DNA of 64,000 nt, from NCBI GenBank assembly GCA_043228905.1, contig JBHGNT010000012.1:13888001-13952000 (forward strand), written 5' to 3'. Positions 13,857 to 26,717 of this stretch are shown here, one piece after another. Source of the DNA: Azolla caroliniana (Eukaryota > Plantae > Polypodiophyta). Each line of letters begins with the position of its first letter. Within the stretch, counting starts at the first letter, position 1. Below the pieces are notes generated by a model that was given only the letters and a program-made list of their open reading frames with translations, searched no databases and was not told where the DNA came from. A program made the translations under genes and the position numbers.

Positions 13857-14602
13857 TGAAAACAACAGGTAATAACACAATGATATATCAATAATCTTAA
13901 AAATAAACAACGGAAACCTGAAAACTAAGGTAAAGTTCCACAAAAGTAGGCGAAAATCACCCGTTTAGGGTTGTAATGTTACATAAAAAACATTGAGAAA
14001 ACTGCCAAAAAATAGCAAGAAAGTGACCAATTCTAGTATATTGATCATGAAAGTCCCCCTTTCAATGAGAGGTGAAAACTTGACCAGGGAGGCGAAAACT
14101 GGAAGTCTTGGTTGCTTTGTGCTCCTGTGCTCTTCTGTTGCTTGAACACCATAATGACAATGAGAAGATGACTTCCCCTTATATAATTTAGTTTTTTTTT
14201 TTTTTTTTTTTTTAATTTAAAAAGAAGAAGAAGCGTTTGGACATGGTGCTTATTATAGAACTAAACTTTGAGCCTATTTTGGACTCTCATGATCTTACTA
14301 GGCTTACTCAAAATGTCCTCAAACTTGAGTACAAATTCTCTATTTTCTATTGAGCCTTTTTAAGTATCTTGTAACAGTTATTCTCAATTGAGGAATATAA
14401 CCATGTTAATAATAAACGGTGCCATATAAAGTCAAACGATTATCTAGAGCAAAGTTCGACGTCACTTTTTTCGATAGAGCCTTTTAACTTAGGTAAAATA
14501 AGAAATATTAAAGTAGATACAAATCATGACAAGTCTAGTTTTTCGAATGTTGACGACGACTGTGTCAACAAGCCTCAAAATTTTCGAAGAGTTCCTCAAC
14601 AA

Positions 14603-17044
14603 GTGAGCGTTAAACGATATAATTTTCTGTGTTTGGATCGCCAAATTGTAATTGATATATGTAAGGTATGTTGTGGGAGCCTTTTTCTATCAAAATTTGG
14701 AAAGGTAAACTTGGGGGGGTTGCGACAAAAGTATTTATCTCTCAATGGCGACAAACAAAATACATTCTTGATTGCCAATATGCAACTTGTTAAGGACCAT
14801 CTCACAGTGTCATGTTCTCAGCAGGTGGAATATTACCTTCACTTACTATGAAGAGTTGTCAAGTTGCTTTTAAAATTGCCTATAGCATCGGGAACATGAG
14901 GCAACAAAGAATTGAACATCGATTACTTAAGGGGTGGTGGGTACCTTTCAACAATACAGAATCTACATGTAAGGGTCTAATTGAGCGGCATGTCGTTAGA
15001 TGGATGGAGATATATTTCTCGAAGTAATGTGATGTTATGCCCACCATTGGAAGGTTACATTTGTTAGATAACTTCACTCATCGTGAGGTATACCAAGCGT
15101 ATAAGGATGACATGTTATTGGAAAGTGTACCTTACATACAATATTGACATTTTAATCGTTTATAGAGATCAAAGTTTAACAATGTGGTCATACCCTGCAA
15201 GGTCCGGATGGGTGTTTGTTCTATACGCGTGAGTTTAAAAAGCATGGCAAAGAGTGGGACAATAGATGAAGAAATAATAAAATATAAGAATTTATTGAGA
15301 GAACATCGAGAAAGCCAAGCGTTGGAAAGATCTAAAGTTATGCACCATCGTCAAAAAGCGCTTCAATTGCCAAAAAGATATATGTGCGTGATTATAGATG
15401 GGATGGATCAGAAGAAAACTTGTTTGCCACATTTTCAAAGGTTGCCCAAGGATTTTAGAGATGAATGCCTAGTGCAAATGCACTTAGTCGGATGTCTTTT
15501 GTTTTGTTAGACAATAAGGCCTCAAGTGTTCCTAACTTATCAAAATATCCACAACGACCCTAATCTTACAGTGATAGTCATGCAAAGAGTTCTATAGAGT
15601 TGGCAAAGTTTATTCCCACCAGTACTATACATGCAACTTGACAACACGGCGAGAGAAAACAAGAACTCAACTGTGTTTGGTTATTTGAGGATGTTAGTAG
15701 ACTAGGGTATTTTAAAAAAGATTAAGGTCAACTTCTTGCTAGTTAGTCATACACATTATCACATAGATGAAATGTTTAGTAAGTTCTTCAAGAAATTAGC
15801 TAGGTGCGATGCTTTCACACTTCCAAAGCTATCAAGGTTGATCGTTGAAGCTTATACCCCCAAGCAAGATGTGCAACATTTAGGTGAAGTATATGATTTC
15901 AAACGCTTTTGTTTGGAAGGTGATGGGATTGGATGTAGGGTTCTTGCTCCGCTTAATAATATAAGTTTTAACCATGTCTTCCTCATCCAAAAAAGTGTGG
16001 TCGGTCACAACCAAACCATGCTATATGCCAAAAACTACTCATCTAGTTCGCAATGGGAGCGACAAGACGGATGTATGCTCTTATTGCATTTCCCAAATGC
16101 AATAATCTATGGTGTTGAGCAAATGCCCTATGACGACCATAAAAGATTGGATGTTGGTAGTTCAACTGAAGAGCAAAAGATATATTGGATGCCTTGAGGA
16201 AAAACAGAAAAATATTGAGCAAACAAAAAAGAACACTGCTGATCAAGATGTGGATTGGTGGGATGTCTTCTTTAATCATCAACATACTATATTAGATAAC
16301 CACTTTATAGGGTATTGGCCACTACAAAATCAATTCGAATGGGCGTTTGGTGGCCCATCAATGGCGAGCACAACTCTTTTACAACCACTAGATAATCTTG
16401 AATTGAATAATCTAGTTCATCCACGACAAAGAGATATTTACGTGGGACCAAGATTATTGCATGTTGCAAAGGCGAGGTGACAAGGCAATCTACATGCGCT
16501 ACAAGTTGGTATGTTGGTTGCAACATTAATTGGGGGTGATAAGTTGGGCCATCCCTTCTGGATTGCCAAAATCATTGAAATTATTAAGGATGATGAAAGC
16601 AATCACGTAAAGTCTATTATGGTTCATTGGTATCATACCTCTTCCAAAGATGCATTTACTGGGAAGTACTCTTTAGAGATGGTTAAGGATGTCGAAGGCA
16701 CAAGCTGAAAGCAGAGAAGAAAGAATCTACCAAGCACGTCTACTCTAGCACTTGATAATGTTGACATACTCGTGTATGACTTCTCCTTGACCAAAACAAG
16801 TGATCTAAGATAGACTACAATCAAGATAATAAAAGACAAGATCCCAGATGTGCCTGTTGACACAACACAAAGACGAACAAGGAGTATGTCTCATAATCAC
16901 AGTGACACTGGATTGCAATTGGATGAAGACAATGCATTGGTTGCTAGTGATGATGAGGATGAGACCTCACAAAGCTCTTCTAGTTCATCGGGTGGGTTTG
17001 AAGGGGAAGGCGTATCTTTGGGAAGTGATGGATCTCATATATGA
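14603..17044 (+). pseudogene. Degenerate Sola-like DDD/E DNA transposase with a C-terminal BAH/Tudor-like segment
   Basis: Stitched frames give Cys-rich N-terminal blocks (CKVCC; CQVAFKIAYSI; CDVMP..LHL; VVIP..MGVCS). The catalytic-core-like motifs follow: YMCVIIDGMDQKK (about 15380), MQLDNTARENKN (about 15631) and FLLVSHTHYHIDEMFSKF (about 15733). After these come HPFWIAKIIEII..VHWY (about 16550) and an acidic tail. There are many stops and frameshifts. Confidence 0.72.
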
Positions 17045-19357
17045 AATGTAAATATTGTATGTTACATCAATATAACGATTCACAAATATGTATAAATATA
17101 CATGTTAGTCATTTTGTAATTTTTGTACGTTCTCTTCTAAATTTCACGTGTCAATTATTAGGGGCATTTTTAGAAAGCCCTAAATTTCCAAAACCCTTTA
17201 CACATGCGATGGTCCTTTTTGTGAAATGACCTACTTTGTGCCTTTTTTGGACGGACTGTTCTTAAATTGTGACATATTACCTATTTCAAATGACCTGGTG
17301 TTTATATAGTTAATATAAGTTTTCTTTCAAATGTTGATTCAATGATGTTGTAGTGGTAATTTACTAGTTATATAAAACGTTTACATATGTATATGAGATC
17401 AATACCTCATTTGACATATATTTGATATGTGATTCATGTTGTATGCATACAAGGTTAATACCTCAATTGTGTGTTACGTTCACATACATAGCGTATGAGG
17501 TCAATACATCAATTTCTATGTAAAGGATATGTGTGTCGTATGCGTAAGAGGTGAAAACCTCAATTATGTATTACGTTCACCCTTATTTTTGGATGTTTTG
17601 TGTGTGTGGAGGCTATATGCCTCAATTACGTATCTTGATTTACATCATTCGTTGGCTATGTGATGTTACGATTTTTTTAAATATATGCATATGTAATCAC
17701 GTGTATATGTATTTAATCGTATACATGGGATAAACATAAATATATATAAGGTTTTTTTTTTCATAATTATGTATGCTGAACGTTGTCCTTGTCAGGGAAA
17801 GGATCTTGGTGGCCATCCTCACATTTTTGTGAGAATGGCATAGTCGTCATCCTTTTCTTTCAACAATTTTTTGTTTTTGTCATCTCGTTGGTCACTTCGA
17901 TCTTACTAAGCGTTATAACAAAAAGATCATAGCTACAATGATGTTGAGAACGTAGGGCTTTACCCACTTTAAGTGAGGTCGCCCCTATGACACACGCATC
18001 CAACATCCCTTCCTCGTTACATGGTCATGATGCCAGCATGAGATCATCATTACAAAAGGCATTCGTAATGATGTAACCATGTGATGGGCCACATGGGCCT
18101 ACTACGAAAAGAGAGTCGAAGAGGGCTCGTGTGCTTTGACCATTAGGTTGCACTTTGGGGTATGTCGTCGTACCAACATAGTTTTGTAGTAAATGAGGGG
18201 GAAATAAGGACTCTCGACATATATGTTTTCATTTAAAAAAACATATATGGGCAAATGCCTTCACATATCTCTCATATGCATAAACACTAAACATTCAAAA
18301 GAAGCAAACCATCTGGTTAGATCAAGCATTTAATGTATTTGTTCTCGAGGTCTCGAGTTCAAATATGACCAAGATCATACAAAATTGTTGATACATATGA
18401 CTATAACACATGTTTAGACTTTAGGTCTAAGTGCACTTCGAGGTCCTCGTAATAGGACTTAAAGAGCCGAAACCACATGCGTGGGCACAAAGACATAGTT
18501 TATTGTTAACATTTTTTCGTATTTAAACTATTCATGACGCAAACATACATGGTTGAGCCTTGGGGAGCCTCCATGAGAAAATCGATATAGAGATCAGGGA
18601 AAGACATTCATTTGTCACCCCCATGGTTTTTGAAACACCTTTGTGTTACCATAGTATCTTGGTCTTGAACCTCATCTCATACGTCTAAAGGGGTATTGAC
18701 ATGAGATCATGATATCGATTAATGTTTGCCCATGATATGTCTACATAACGACACAATGTTATGACTATTTGTCTGACCTTATGGTGGAAATATTTAACCT
18801 AAATATTATATTATTATTAATTAGAAAAATAAGTAATTATGAAGAGTTATTTATTATTAGACTTTAGAGAAAACACTTCATTGAAGAGACAACTTTTTGT
18901 CCATCGTCTCTACAAACAAGCCATTTTTTACTAATGTAACACTACACAATCAATATAGAACAAATTTTATGTATGTGTGATCTCTCTCTCTAGCAATCAT
19001 TCTCTATTTGTATAGTTGCCGAATTCTACATGGTATCAAATGTATAGATTTCCGCATCTATCAAATAATACTAGAGAATCCTAGGAGTGTTGATCGATTT
19101 GTCATCAAGACAAGCGCTAAGCCAGATAGCCATCTTTCATAAAAATTGCACAATCCTCAACTCCTGCCAACATTCTCAACACACATAAACTTTCATTAGT
19201 AAAGTTATCAAAGCAAAATTATCGCATTTGGAGTGCTCGACTCGAATTATTATTTCAACACTACAAACTTTGGGATGTAGTGTCAAGATTATCAACAAAA
19301 CCTGATCTCCCCGGACCTGATCAAGTTATTTAGGAAGAGAAAGATCTTGTAGCAAAG

Positions 19358-20908
19358 ATGGAATTATTAGCACATATATCAGATGTTCAAGGAAAATCGG
19401 TTAGAAAGTTACAAACTTCACATCAAATTTGGGAGAAATTAAAGACACAATATGAACCAAAGATGGATGCAGCACAAGTGCACACACTACGCGCATATGT
19501 CACATTTACAATGAAAGAGGAAGAAGATGTAGATAATTTTCTTACAACTTGGGAAAAGAAATTGGATGATACAATTACATTTGGCTTGGACATTTTCGAC
19601 AAACTACAAAGATGTTTATTATTAGGTGCTTTACCCTCTTCTTGGTCACCTTTTGTGACTACACAAAATTTAAATAAACAAGCTATTGTGCAAGATCTCA
19701 TGCGAAACATAAGACAAGAAGACTCAATGAGAAAGACAAGAGAAGAAAACACATCAACACAAGCAATCGCTATGGCAGCCTATCAACCTCATTACAAACC
19801 ACAAGCAAGATACAGAGTTTCAAGAGTCAGTGGACCTCACCCGACATTTAATCTTGAATCACCTGACATCACTAGTGATTTTTCAATCAACTCAAAATCA
19901 CAATCCTCGCAAGACTATCCAAACCCATATGATAACGACTCACCACCTCGTTGTACGCGCCCCTTGTCCGATATCTATAAGGAACTCGACCAATTCGAGG
20001 CACACTTTGTGGACCTCGATATGGATGCTCTCATAGTTGAAGAAGAGCCGGATACCACAAATGAGTTGATTATTACCGTTAGAGAAGCGTTGTCTAGTAT
20101 TGATGGCCCTAAATGGAGAGCAGCCATGGAAGAAGAGATGCCAGCCTTATTAAAGAACAAAACTTTGAGCCTTGTCGATCCACCACCTGATCAACAAATT
20201 GTTAGTTGTAAGTGGGTTCTTCGCAAGAAGACCGATGCTAACGAAAATATTATACGTTTCAAAGCTCGTCTCTTAGCTCGTGGTTTTTCGCAGATACCTG
20301 GAATCGACTTCAAAGATACATTTAGCCCTACATTACGAAGTATGACATTTCACATATTTGTCTCTCTCGCCGTCAAACTTGCTTTGGAACTCCATCACTT
20401 AGATGTTCACACTGCTTTCCTTCATAGAGAACTTGAAGAAGAGATCTATATGCAACAACCACCGCATTTTGAAGATTCAACTCGACCAAATGTTGTATGT
20501 CGCCTACATCGATCCTTATACGGTCTGCGACAATCTCCACGAGTTTGGTATCATCGACTTTATAATTTTCTAACTAACAATGGTTATAAAATATTAAAGA
20601 ATGAACCAAATGTATACATTAAAATAGCTAAGAATAATTTCATCATAATTGGTGTTTATGTTGACGACTTACCTCTACTTGCCAACTCACTAGCGTATCT
20701 ACAACTTGCGAAGAAGGAACTTCAACAAGCTTTTCCAATAACTGACCTTGGTCCAATGAAGTATTTCCTTGGAATGAACTTACAAAGAGATCGTGCAAAA
20801 GGAACCATTTGTCTTTCCCAAACTCAATACATTGAAAGTGTATTAAAACGTTTTGACATGCTACATTGCAAGTCTATCTCTACACCCATGTCAACTCCAT
20901 GCAAATGA
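19358..20908 (+). CDS. In-frame gag-RT fusion ORF (516 aa) of the deleted copia element
   Basis: The gag part (IWEKLKTQY..LLLGALPSSW) runs without a stop into RT (KWVLRKK..FKARLLARGFSQ..LDVHTAFL..LYGLRQSP..VYVDDL). Confidence 0.8.
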   Translation: MELLAHISDVQGKSVRKLQTSHQIWEKLKTQYEPKMDAAQVHTLRAYVTFTMKEEEDVDNFLTTWEKKLDDTITFGLDIFDKLQRCLLLGALPSSWSPFVTTQNLNKQAIVQDLMRNIRQEDSMRKTREENTSTQAIAMAAYQPHYKPQARYRVSRVSGPHPTFNLESPDITSDFSINSKSQSSQDYPNPYDNDSPPRCTRPLSDIYKELDQFEAHFVDLDMDALIVEEEPDTTNELIITVREALSSIDGPKWRAAMEEEMPALLKNKTLSLVDPPPDQQIVSCKWVLRKKTDANENIIRFKARLLARGFSQIPGIDFKDTFSPTLRSMTFHIFVSLAVKLALELHHLDVHTAFLHRELEEEIYMQQPPHFEDSTRPNVVCRLHRSLYGLRQSPRVWYHRLYNFLTNNGYKILKNEPNVYIKIAKNNFIIIGVYVDDLPLLANSLAYLQLAKKELQQAFPITDLGPMKYFLGMNLQRDRAKGTICLSQTQYIESVLKRFDMLHCKSISTPMSTPCK

Positions 20909-21920
20909 TCAATCGAAGATGCTCCAAGAACTATTAAAAAACGAGAATGCTCAATGTTCCTTACAAGAAAATTCTTGGATGTATACGCTACCTTGTGATT
21001 TGTACATGTCCCGATTTATGTTTCACCGCTGAATTTCTTTCAAGATTTATGCAGGATCCCAGATCGAAACATTGGCAAGCTTTAAAACGACTACTACGTT
21101 ACCTAACACGAACAAAAGACACGGTGTTAACTTACTCTAAATCGCAATCAGAGCCCGCCAACATGAATCCTGAAGGATGGACCAATCCATCATAATTGTC
21201 TGGTTGGACAGATTCAGATTGGGGAGGGCATATTGATGGTTGTAAGTCAACAAGTGGCTTCGTATATTGTCTCATCGGCGCCACTATAGCATGGAGGTCT
21301 AAGAAGCAAACAACGGTTGCTCTATCTTTAATGGAAGCTGAATATGTAGCTGTAGCACTTGCTGCTAAAGAAGGAATATGGATTCATTCTATACTTGAAG
21401 AACTTAACTTGTTTAAGACTTCAACGCTAATCCTTCATTGTGATAATCAATCATGTTACATAAAGTTAGCCTGTAATCTGAAAATGAGTGATAATATTCG
21501 ACATGTCTCTTTCAAGCATCATTTTCTACAAGACTTAATCGAAGAGAAGAAGCTAGATTTGAAGTATGCGTCTACAACACTAATGTGAGCATATTTTCTA
21601 ACAAAGCCAATTCCTCCAAGCATGCCGCTTGTTGCTAAAAGATTGGTCTAACAATGCCAAACTATTCTTCGAACGACAATACTTTTGAATAAAATAATAT
21701 TTAGCTTAAGGGGGGGTGTGGAAATATTTAACCTAAATATTATATTATTATTAATTAGAAAAATAAGTAATTACGAAGAGTTATTTATTATTAGACTTTA
21801 GAGAAAACTCTTCATTGAAGAATCATAACTTTTTGTCCATCGTCTCTACAAACAAGTCATTTTTTATTAATGTAACATTACACAATCAATATAGAAATTT
21901 TTTTTGTATGTGTGATCTCT

Positions 21921-22105
21921 CATTCTCTTAGAACTATTTAGCTTAACTCTATTTTTATCTTATTTTTATTTTTATTTTCGATGAATGGGTAAATATCCCA
22001 TTATTTTGTAAACCATTTGTCTCATGGGCCAATCTTGGCCCTAGAAGACATTAATATATCTTTCTTTCTTCTTTCTTTCTTCTTTCTTTCTTCTTTCTTT
22101 CTCTC
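21921..22105 (+). mobile_element. Severely 5'-truncated LINE (3' UTR plus (CTTT)n tail) inside the (CT)n tract of the copia 3' LTR
   Basis: This segment is absent from the 5' LTR. It matches the reverse complement of 30082-30215 (TTGTAAACCA.TTGTCTCATGGGCCAA..TTGGCC.TAGAAGAC.TTAATA.ATCTT). Confidence 0.85.
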
Positions 22106-22189
22106 TCTAGCAATCATTCTCTATTTGTACAGTTGCCGAATTCTACACTTATCCTATTTCTTTGCCAAAAATTATCATTCAATGGTCAT

Positions 22190-25100
22190 AATAATGACCC
22201 GATGTCCTCTTGTCAAGCGGAAGGAATTCAGGGAAATCCTCCTAGGCCAATCTCCATTGAGTCTTATTTGATACAAATACAAAATTTCCTTAATTCAACT
22301 GCGCATCAGATGTCCGAACATCGGCAATCTCATATTGCTCTCAAGGCAGGAGTCATTAGTTTACAACGGAATACTAATAGACCCGATGAGCATAAGGGTG
22401 AACCATCATTTTTCTTAAAGCCATTTACGGGAGAAAAAAAGGAAATAACCGAAGAAGCAATCTACACATGGCTAGGCCGATGGGAATCTCATTTTGAGTT
22501 CTATCTCAACCCACATAATACGAAGATTACACACGTCGATCGAGAACTAAGGGGTAAGGCCACCACCTAGTGGCGTGGGCTCCAAACTTTGGGGAAATTG
22601 CTCGATACCTGGACAGATTTTGTCACAGTTTTCAAGGGCCAATTTCTGCAACCTCCATTTCGAACCTAGGTAGCACAAGCTTTAATGAACCTCTCTAGCA
22701 GGAAGTTTTCCTCGCTAGAAGACTATGTTCCCCATGCTAGAACCCAAATCCAAAAATCGGGTCTAGAAGGGGACAACTAGTTAATAGCTTGTTTTGACAA
22801 TGGCATCCCCTATTCGGACTATCACTAGATAGTGCAGGATACGGATCCCAAATCCTTCGAAGAGGCTGTTGAAATAGTTCTTCGCTATCTGTTAAGCATT
22901 GGGATAACAACACAACCAGTCACGAATTAGAACGCATCAACAAGGACGTAGAACGAAGAGGAAACGACAAGAGGAAAGGAAAGCAAAGAGACGGCCAAAT
23001 GTGAAAGGCCCATACCCTAAACGTGAAAGCTATATAAACCACATAGTAGCGGCTTTGTGGGGGTTCTCCCATTTGTAAAGATCTCCTATTGATTAGAGCT
23101 AGAGCTTCCTCTCCTCCTTCTTGTAACCTTTGAGCTTAAGAGAGATTAGTGAAGTGTTGAGTTAGAGAACACTAATCTCTCTCCTTGTTGGTGCTAGACC
23201 TCTTAGCAAAGAGGGTTAATAATAGACATACTCTTTCTTCTTATTGTCTATATCTATTAATCTATTGTCTATAAGAGAGAGCTTGAGAGAGTGACAGAGA
23301 TATCGTGCTTAATCATTTACTAATCATTGAGTGAGTGTGAGGCTCGGAGGTATCCGACAACCATCTCCGCCCGATTCACCATCAAGAGGGTATACGACGG
23401 TCCGAATCCCGCCACGACATTGAGGAGCTTACTCCATCGATACATAGATCCTTAACACTATCAACGCACTTCGAAGAAGGACCATAACAAACCCAACTAA
23501 GCGCCCAGGACTAAGCAGTCACAATTCGTAGGGAAACGCAAGCCACCCAACGAATTCATGGATCGCAATTGTAAGCGACAACATCCTTTTTGCGTATTTA
23601 GCAAAACGAAGGGTCATACAAAAGAGCAATGTCGAAAGCTCTAACGGAAAGAGCATGACAACAAAACAAAAGTTGCAGACCATAAAGGTCAGATTCCTAA
23701 TGTCCTTTAGGTCTATACGCATCATTTAAGTAATTCTAAATACCCTTTCCCTCATTGTGTATTGAGACCCAATGATTTACTATGTGCAAACGGGTATATC
23801 AATGGATCTCCCATACAATTTTTATTTTATTCGGGAAGCTCACACAACTTTGTGAATCATCATTTGGTTCAGATATGGGGAATCCAACCCACCGTAAGTG
23901 ATCACACCTATAAGGTGCACTTGGTTGATGGAAGAGTACAATACATCCATGGGGTGATTCATTCATGAGGAATCTCTATTGATACTTATATAGAGGAAGT
24001 AGACTTTCATGTAATGAATCTTTGTACCACTGATGTAATATTGGCTTATCCCTGGTTTTATAAAAGAAATTCATCTTTGTCTATTGATTGGGTTCACCAT
24101 TCCATTTCCTTTGTACTGAACGATTGTACTCATTTTATTCAATGTGTAAATAAACAATCTCTTTCGATTGTTTCCCCTCCATCAATATCCGAGTTGTCTT
24201 GTTCTTCATTATTTTATTGTGTACTTGATCCGAACATTCACAGTTATAATCTCGATAATGTCTCGGGTCAACTATCATATTTTGAGCATCAACAACTTGA
24301 TGAAATCTTAAATGATTTTCGTGATGTTTTTCCGAGTGAACTACCACATGGGTTACCTCCTAAACGTAGCATAGACCATCGTATAAATATTGTACCTGGT
24401 GTTGCACCAATAAGTATACCTCCTTATCGCTTAAGTCGATCCGAAGAGGATGAGGTATTTAAGCAACTCAAGGACTATAATTTACGAATGAGTTATATAC
24501 GTTATAGTAAATCTCCATGGGGTGCACATGTTCTCTTGGTAAAAAAGAAAGACAGCACATGGCGTATATGTATTAATTACCAACGCTTGAATAAAGTGGC
24601 GATCAAGAATTCATATTGATTGCCTCGAGCTGACAATCTAATTGACTGTCTCCAGGTAGCTTGGTATTTTACGAAACTTGATCTCTGTACGGGCTACCAT
24701 CAAATTCGTTTAAGTGCGGAAGATGTTTCTAAAATGGCATTTGATACGCGCTATGGCCATTATGAGTATTTGTTCATGTCTTTCTGGTTGACCAATGCTC
24801 CTGCCACATTTTAACAAGAAACGAATGACATTTTCGAAATACTGGGAAAGACTTGAGTCTGCAACAGATACCACCACATCCTCGAAGGAATCCTTCCACA
24901 TTGCTAACGGTCTGCTCTACTGTAATGGGAAGGTTTGTGTTCCAAATTTCCCTGAGGTCAAAAAGAGAATTCTTTTTTAATGTTGTGATGCGCCCTCAAT
25001 AGGGCACCCTCGAATACATCGTACACTTGTTCTCATCTCCACTCAATTATATTGGCCTAAGATGCGTCTTGACATACATAACTATGTGACTCAATGTCAC

Positions 25101-26717
25101 CAATGTCATGTTAACAAAGCCGAGCAACTTAAAGCCGTTGGACTTTTACATACCTTGGATATTCTCAATAATAAGTGGGAAAGTACATCAATGGATTTTA
25201 TTGTTAGCCTTTCTTGCACCCAAAAAGACCACGATGCCATTTGGGTTGTGGTTGATCAACTAACTAAAATGACCAAATTTATTGCTACTAAAACCATGGT
25301 CACTACTCCTGAATTGGCTTACCGATTCGTTGACGAGTTATTTCGTTTTTATGGGTTACCGATGCATATCTTAAGTGATGGAGACCCAAAGTTTACTAGC
25401 GACTTTTGGACGCAAGTCTTTAAGAAGTTAGAAACTACATTGGGCATGAACCCCACACATCATCCTCAATTCGATGGACAGATAGAATGAGTAAATCAAA
25501 TTATTGAGGACATGCTCTGTGCATATGTTGGTAAAAAACCAACAAAATGGGAACATTATCTCCCAATTTTGGAGTTTGCTTATAACAGCTCGAAGCATAC
25601 ATCAACGGGATATAGTCCTTTTATGTTGATGTATGGTTTTCAGCCATGAGCCCCAATTGATGTTAATATACATCATGATGAGTTGCAAACTATGCAAAAG
25701 TTTCTTTGGGATATGCAAGATAGGTTGCATATTGCACGAGATAATATAAAAACCACTCAAGCTAGAGCGCGTTTTTATGCCGATCATAATAGGGAACCTC
25801 GTGTATTCAACCCTGGACACAAAGTATTTTTACGTATACCTCACAGTTCTAATCTAACATTGTCTATGGGTAAGTGCGCTAAGTTAGCCCCACGGTTTTG
25901 TGGACCTTTTACAATCCTCAAACACATTAGTTCATCAGCCTATCGTCTCGCTCTTCCTGATGGCGTTCAAATCCATCCACTTTTTCATGTAAATCGTCTA
26001 AAAGAACTTCTTGGTTCTGGCAACAATACAGTGACAACTGAAACTCTAGTTACTTCTAAATAATTATCTTCTAAACCACATGTACCAGAAAGAATTCTCA
26101 ATGTTAAAACAAAAAAATTGCGTTCTAAAATAAACCGAGAATTTAAAATTAAATGGATCGATAAGTTTATAAAAGATGCCACATGGGAACATGAAAATAC
26201 TTTTAGAATTAATTTCCCTAACTTTCCATTGCAAGAGTGCAATGTTTTAAAGATGGGGAGTATGTTACGGGCATGACCATATAATATACCATGGTGAAAA
26301 TTTACCGTAGTATTCTATACACGTGGATAAAGTGTGAGGGTTAAACGAGAGCGTAAAGAAGGGGACGATTACTTTTAATCCTCGGGATTGAGACAACCAT
26401 TAGGCCAAGTGTGAACTTGCCTCGAGGCCTTAGGTCTGGCTATAAATATGAGGCCTAGCTACCCTCATTGGACACACTATCAACTACGCCGAGATTCTGA
26501 CATTGTGGTGGGTCAACTCTTGTAGCGAGCGTGCCAGCACCAAGTACGACTCGACGCCACGACAGTGGTATGGGACGCCGATCGAGGCTCGAGTCCGTCT
26601 CGATCCCTTCGCTCGGGGGTGGTCGGGTGGATCGACACCCTTCTTTCTGTCTCACCTTTCTTATTTATCTATCTTTTATCCTTATCATATGCTTACATTA
26701 GTAGTTAAGCTCTAACA
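22190..26717 (+). mobile_element. Degenerate chromovirus (Ty3/gypsy with chromodomain); RT C-terminus and RNase H deleted; 3' LTR 26263-26717
   Basis: Motifs: gag (PFTGEKKE..WLGRWE), protease FLFYSGSSHNFV, RT ([32 protein letters not shown]), integrase (WESTSMDFI, LSDGDPKF, KLAPRFCGPF) and chromodomain PERIL..FKIKW..DATWE at about 26080-26200. PPT AGATGGGGAG precedes TGTTACGG...TCTAACA. The 5' LTR was not recognised. Confidence 0.88.
22890..23457 (+). mobile_element. Solo LTR (TGTTAAG...CTTAACA) with 5-bp TSD CTATC, inserted in the chromovirus gag
   Basis: 7-bp terminal inverted repeat, CTATC at 22885-22889 and 23458-23462, and TATATAAA near 23031. Confidence 0.88.

Larger units (their letters stand above)
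18783..22147 (+). mobile_element. Internally deleted Ty1/copia element with both LTRs, a Met-i PBS, a PPT and 5-bp TSD CTTAT
   Basis: LTRs are 18783-19030 and 21717-22147. PBS TGGTATCA is at 19031 and PPT AAGGGGGGG precedes 21717. CTTAT occurs at 18778-18782 and 22148-22152. gag, RT and RNase H motifs are present; protease and integrase are absent. Confidence 0.92.

Noticed and set aside
17050-18780. Terminal inverted repeat of the Sola-like element, and the 5' LTR of the chromovirus
   Set aside because: No matching partner sequence was found in the window. The other ends appear to be deleted.
22918-23419. Alternative solo-LTR boundaries AGTCACG...CACGACA
   Set aside because: There is no TSD. 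Boundaries 22890-23457 give a perfect inverted repeat and a 5-bp TSD, so this site was excluded from the CpG-target tally.
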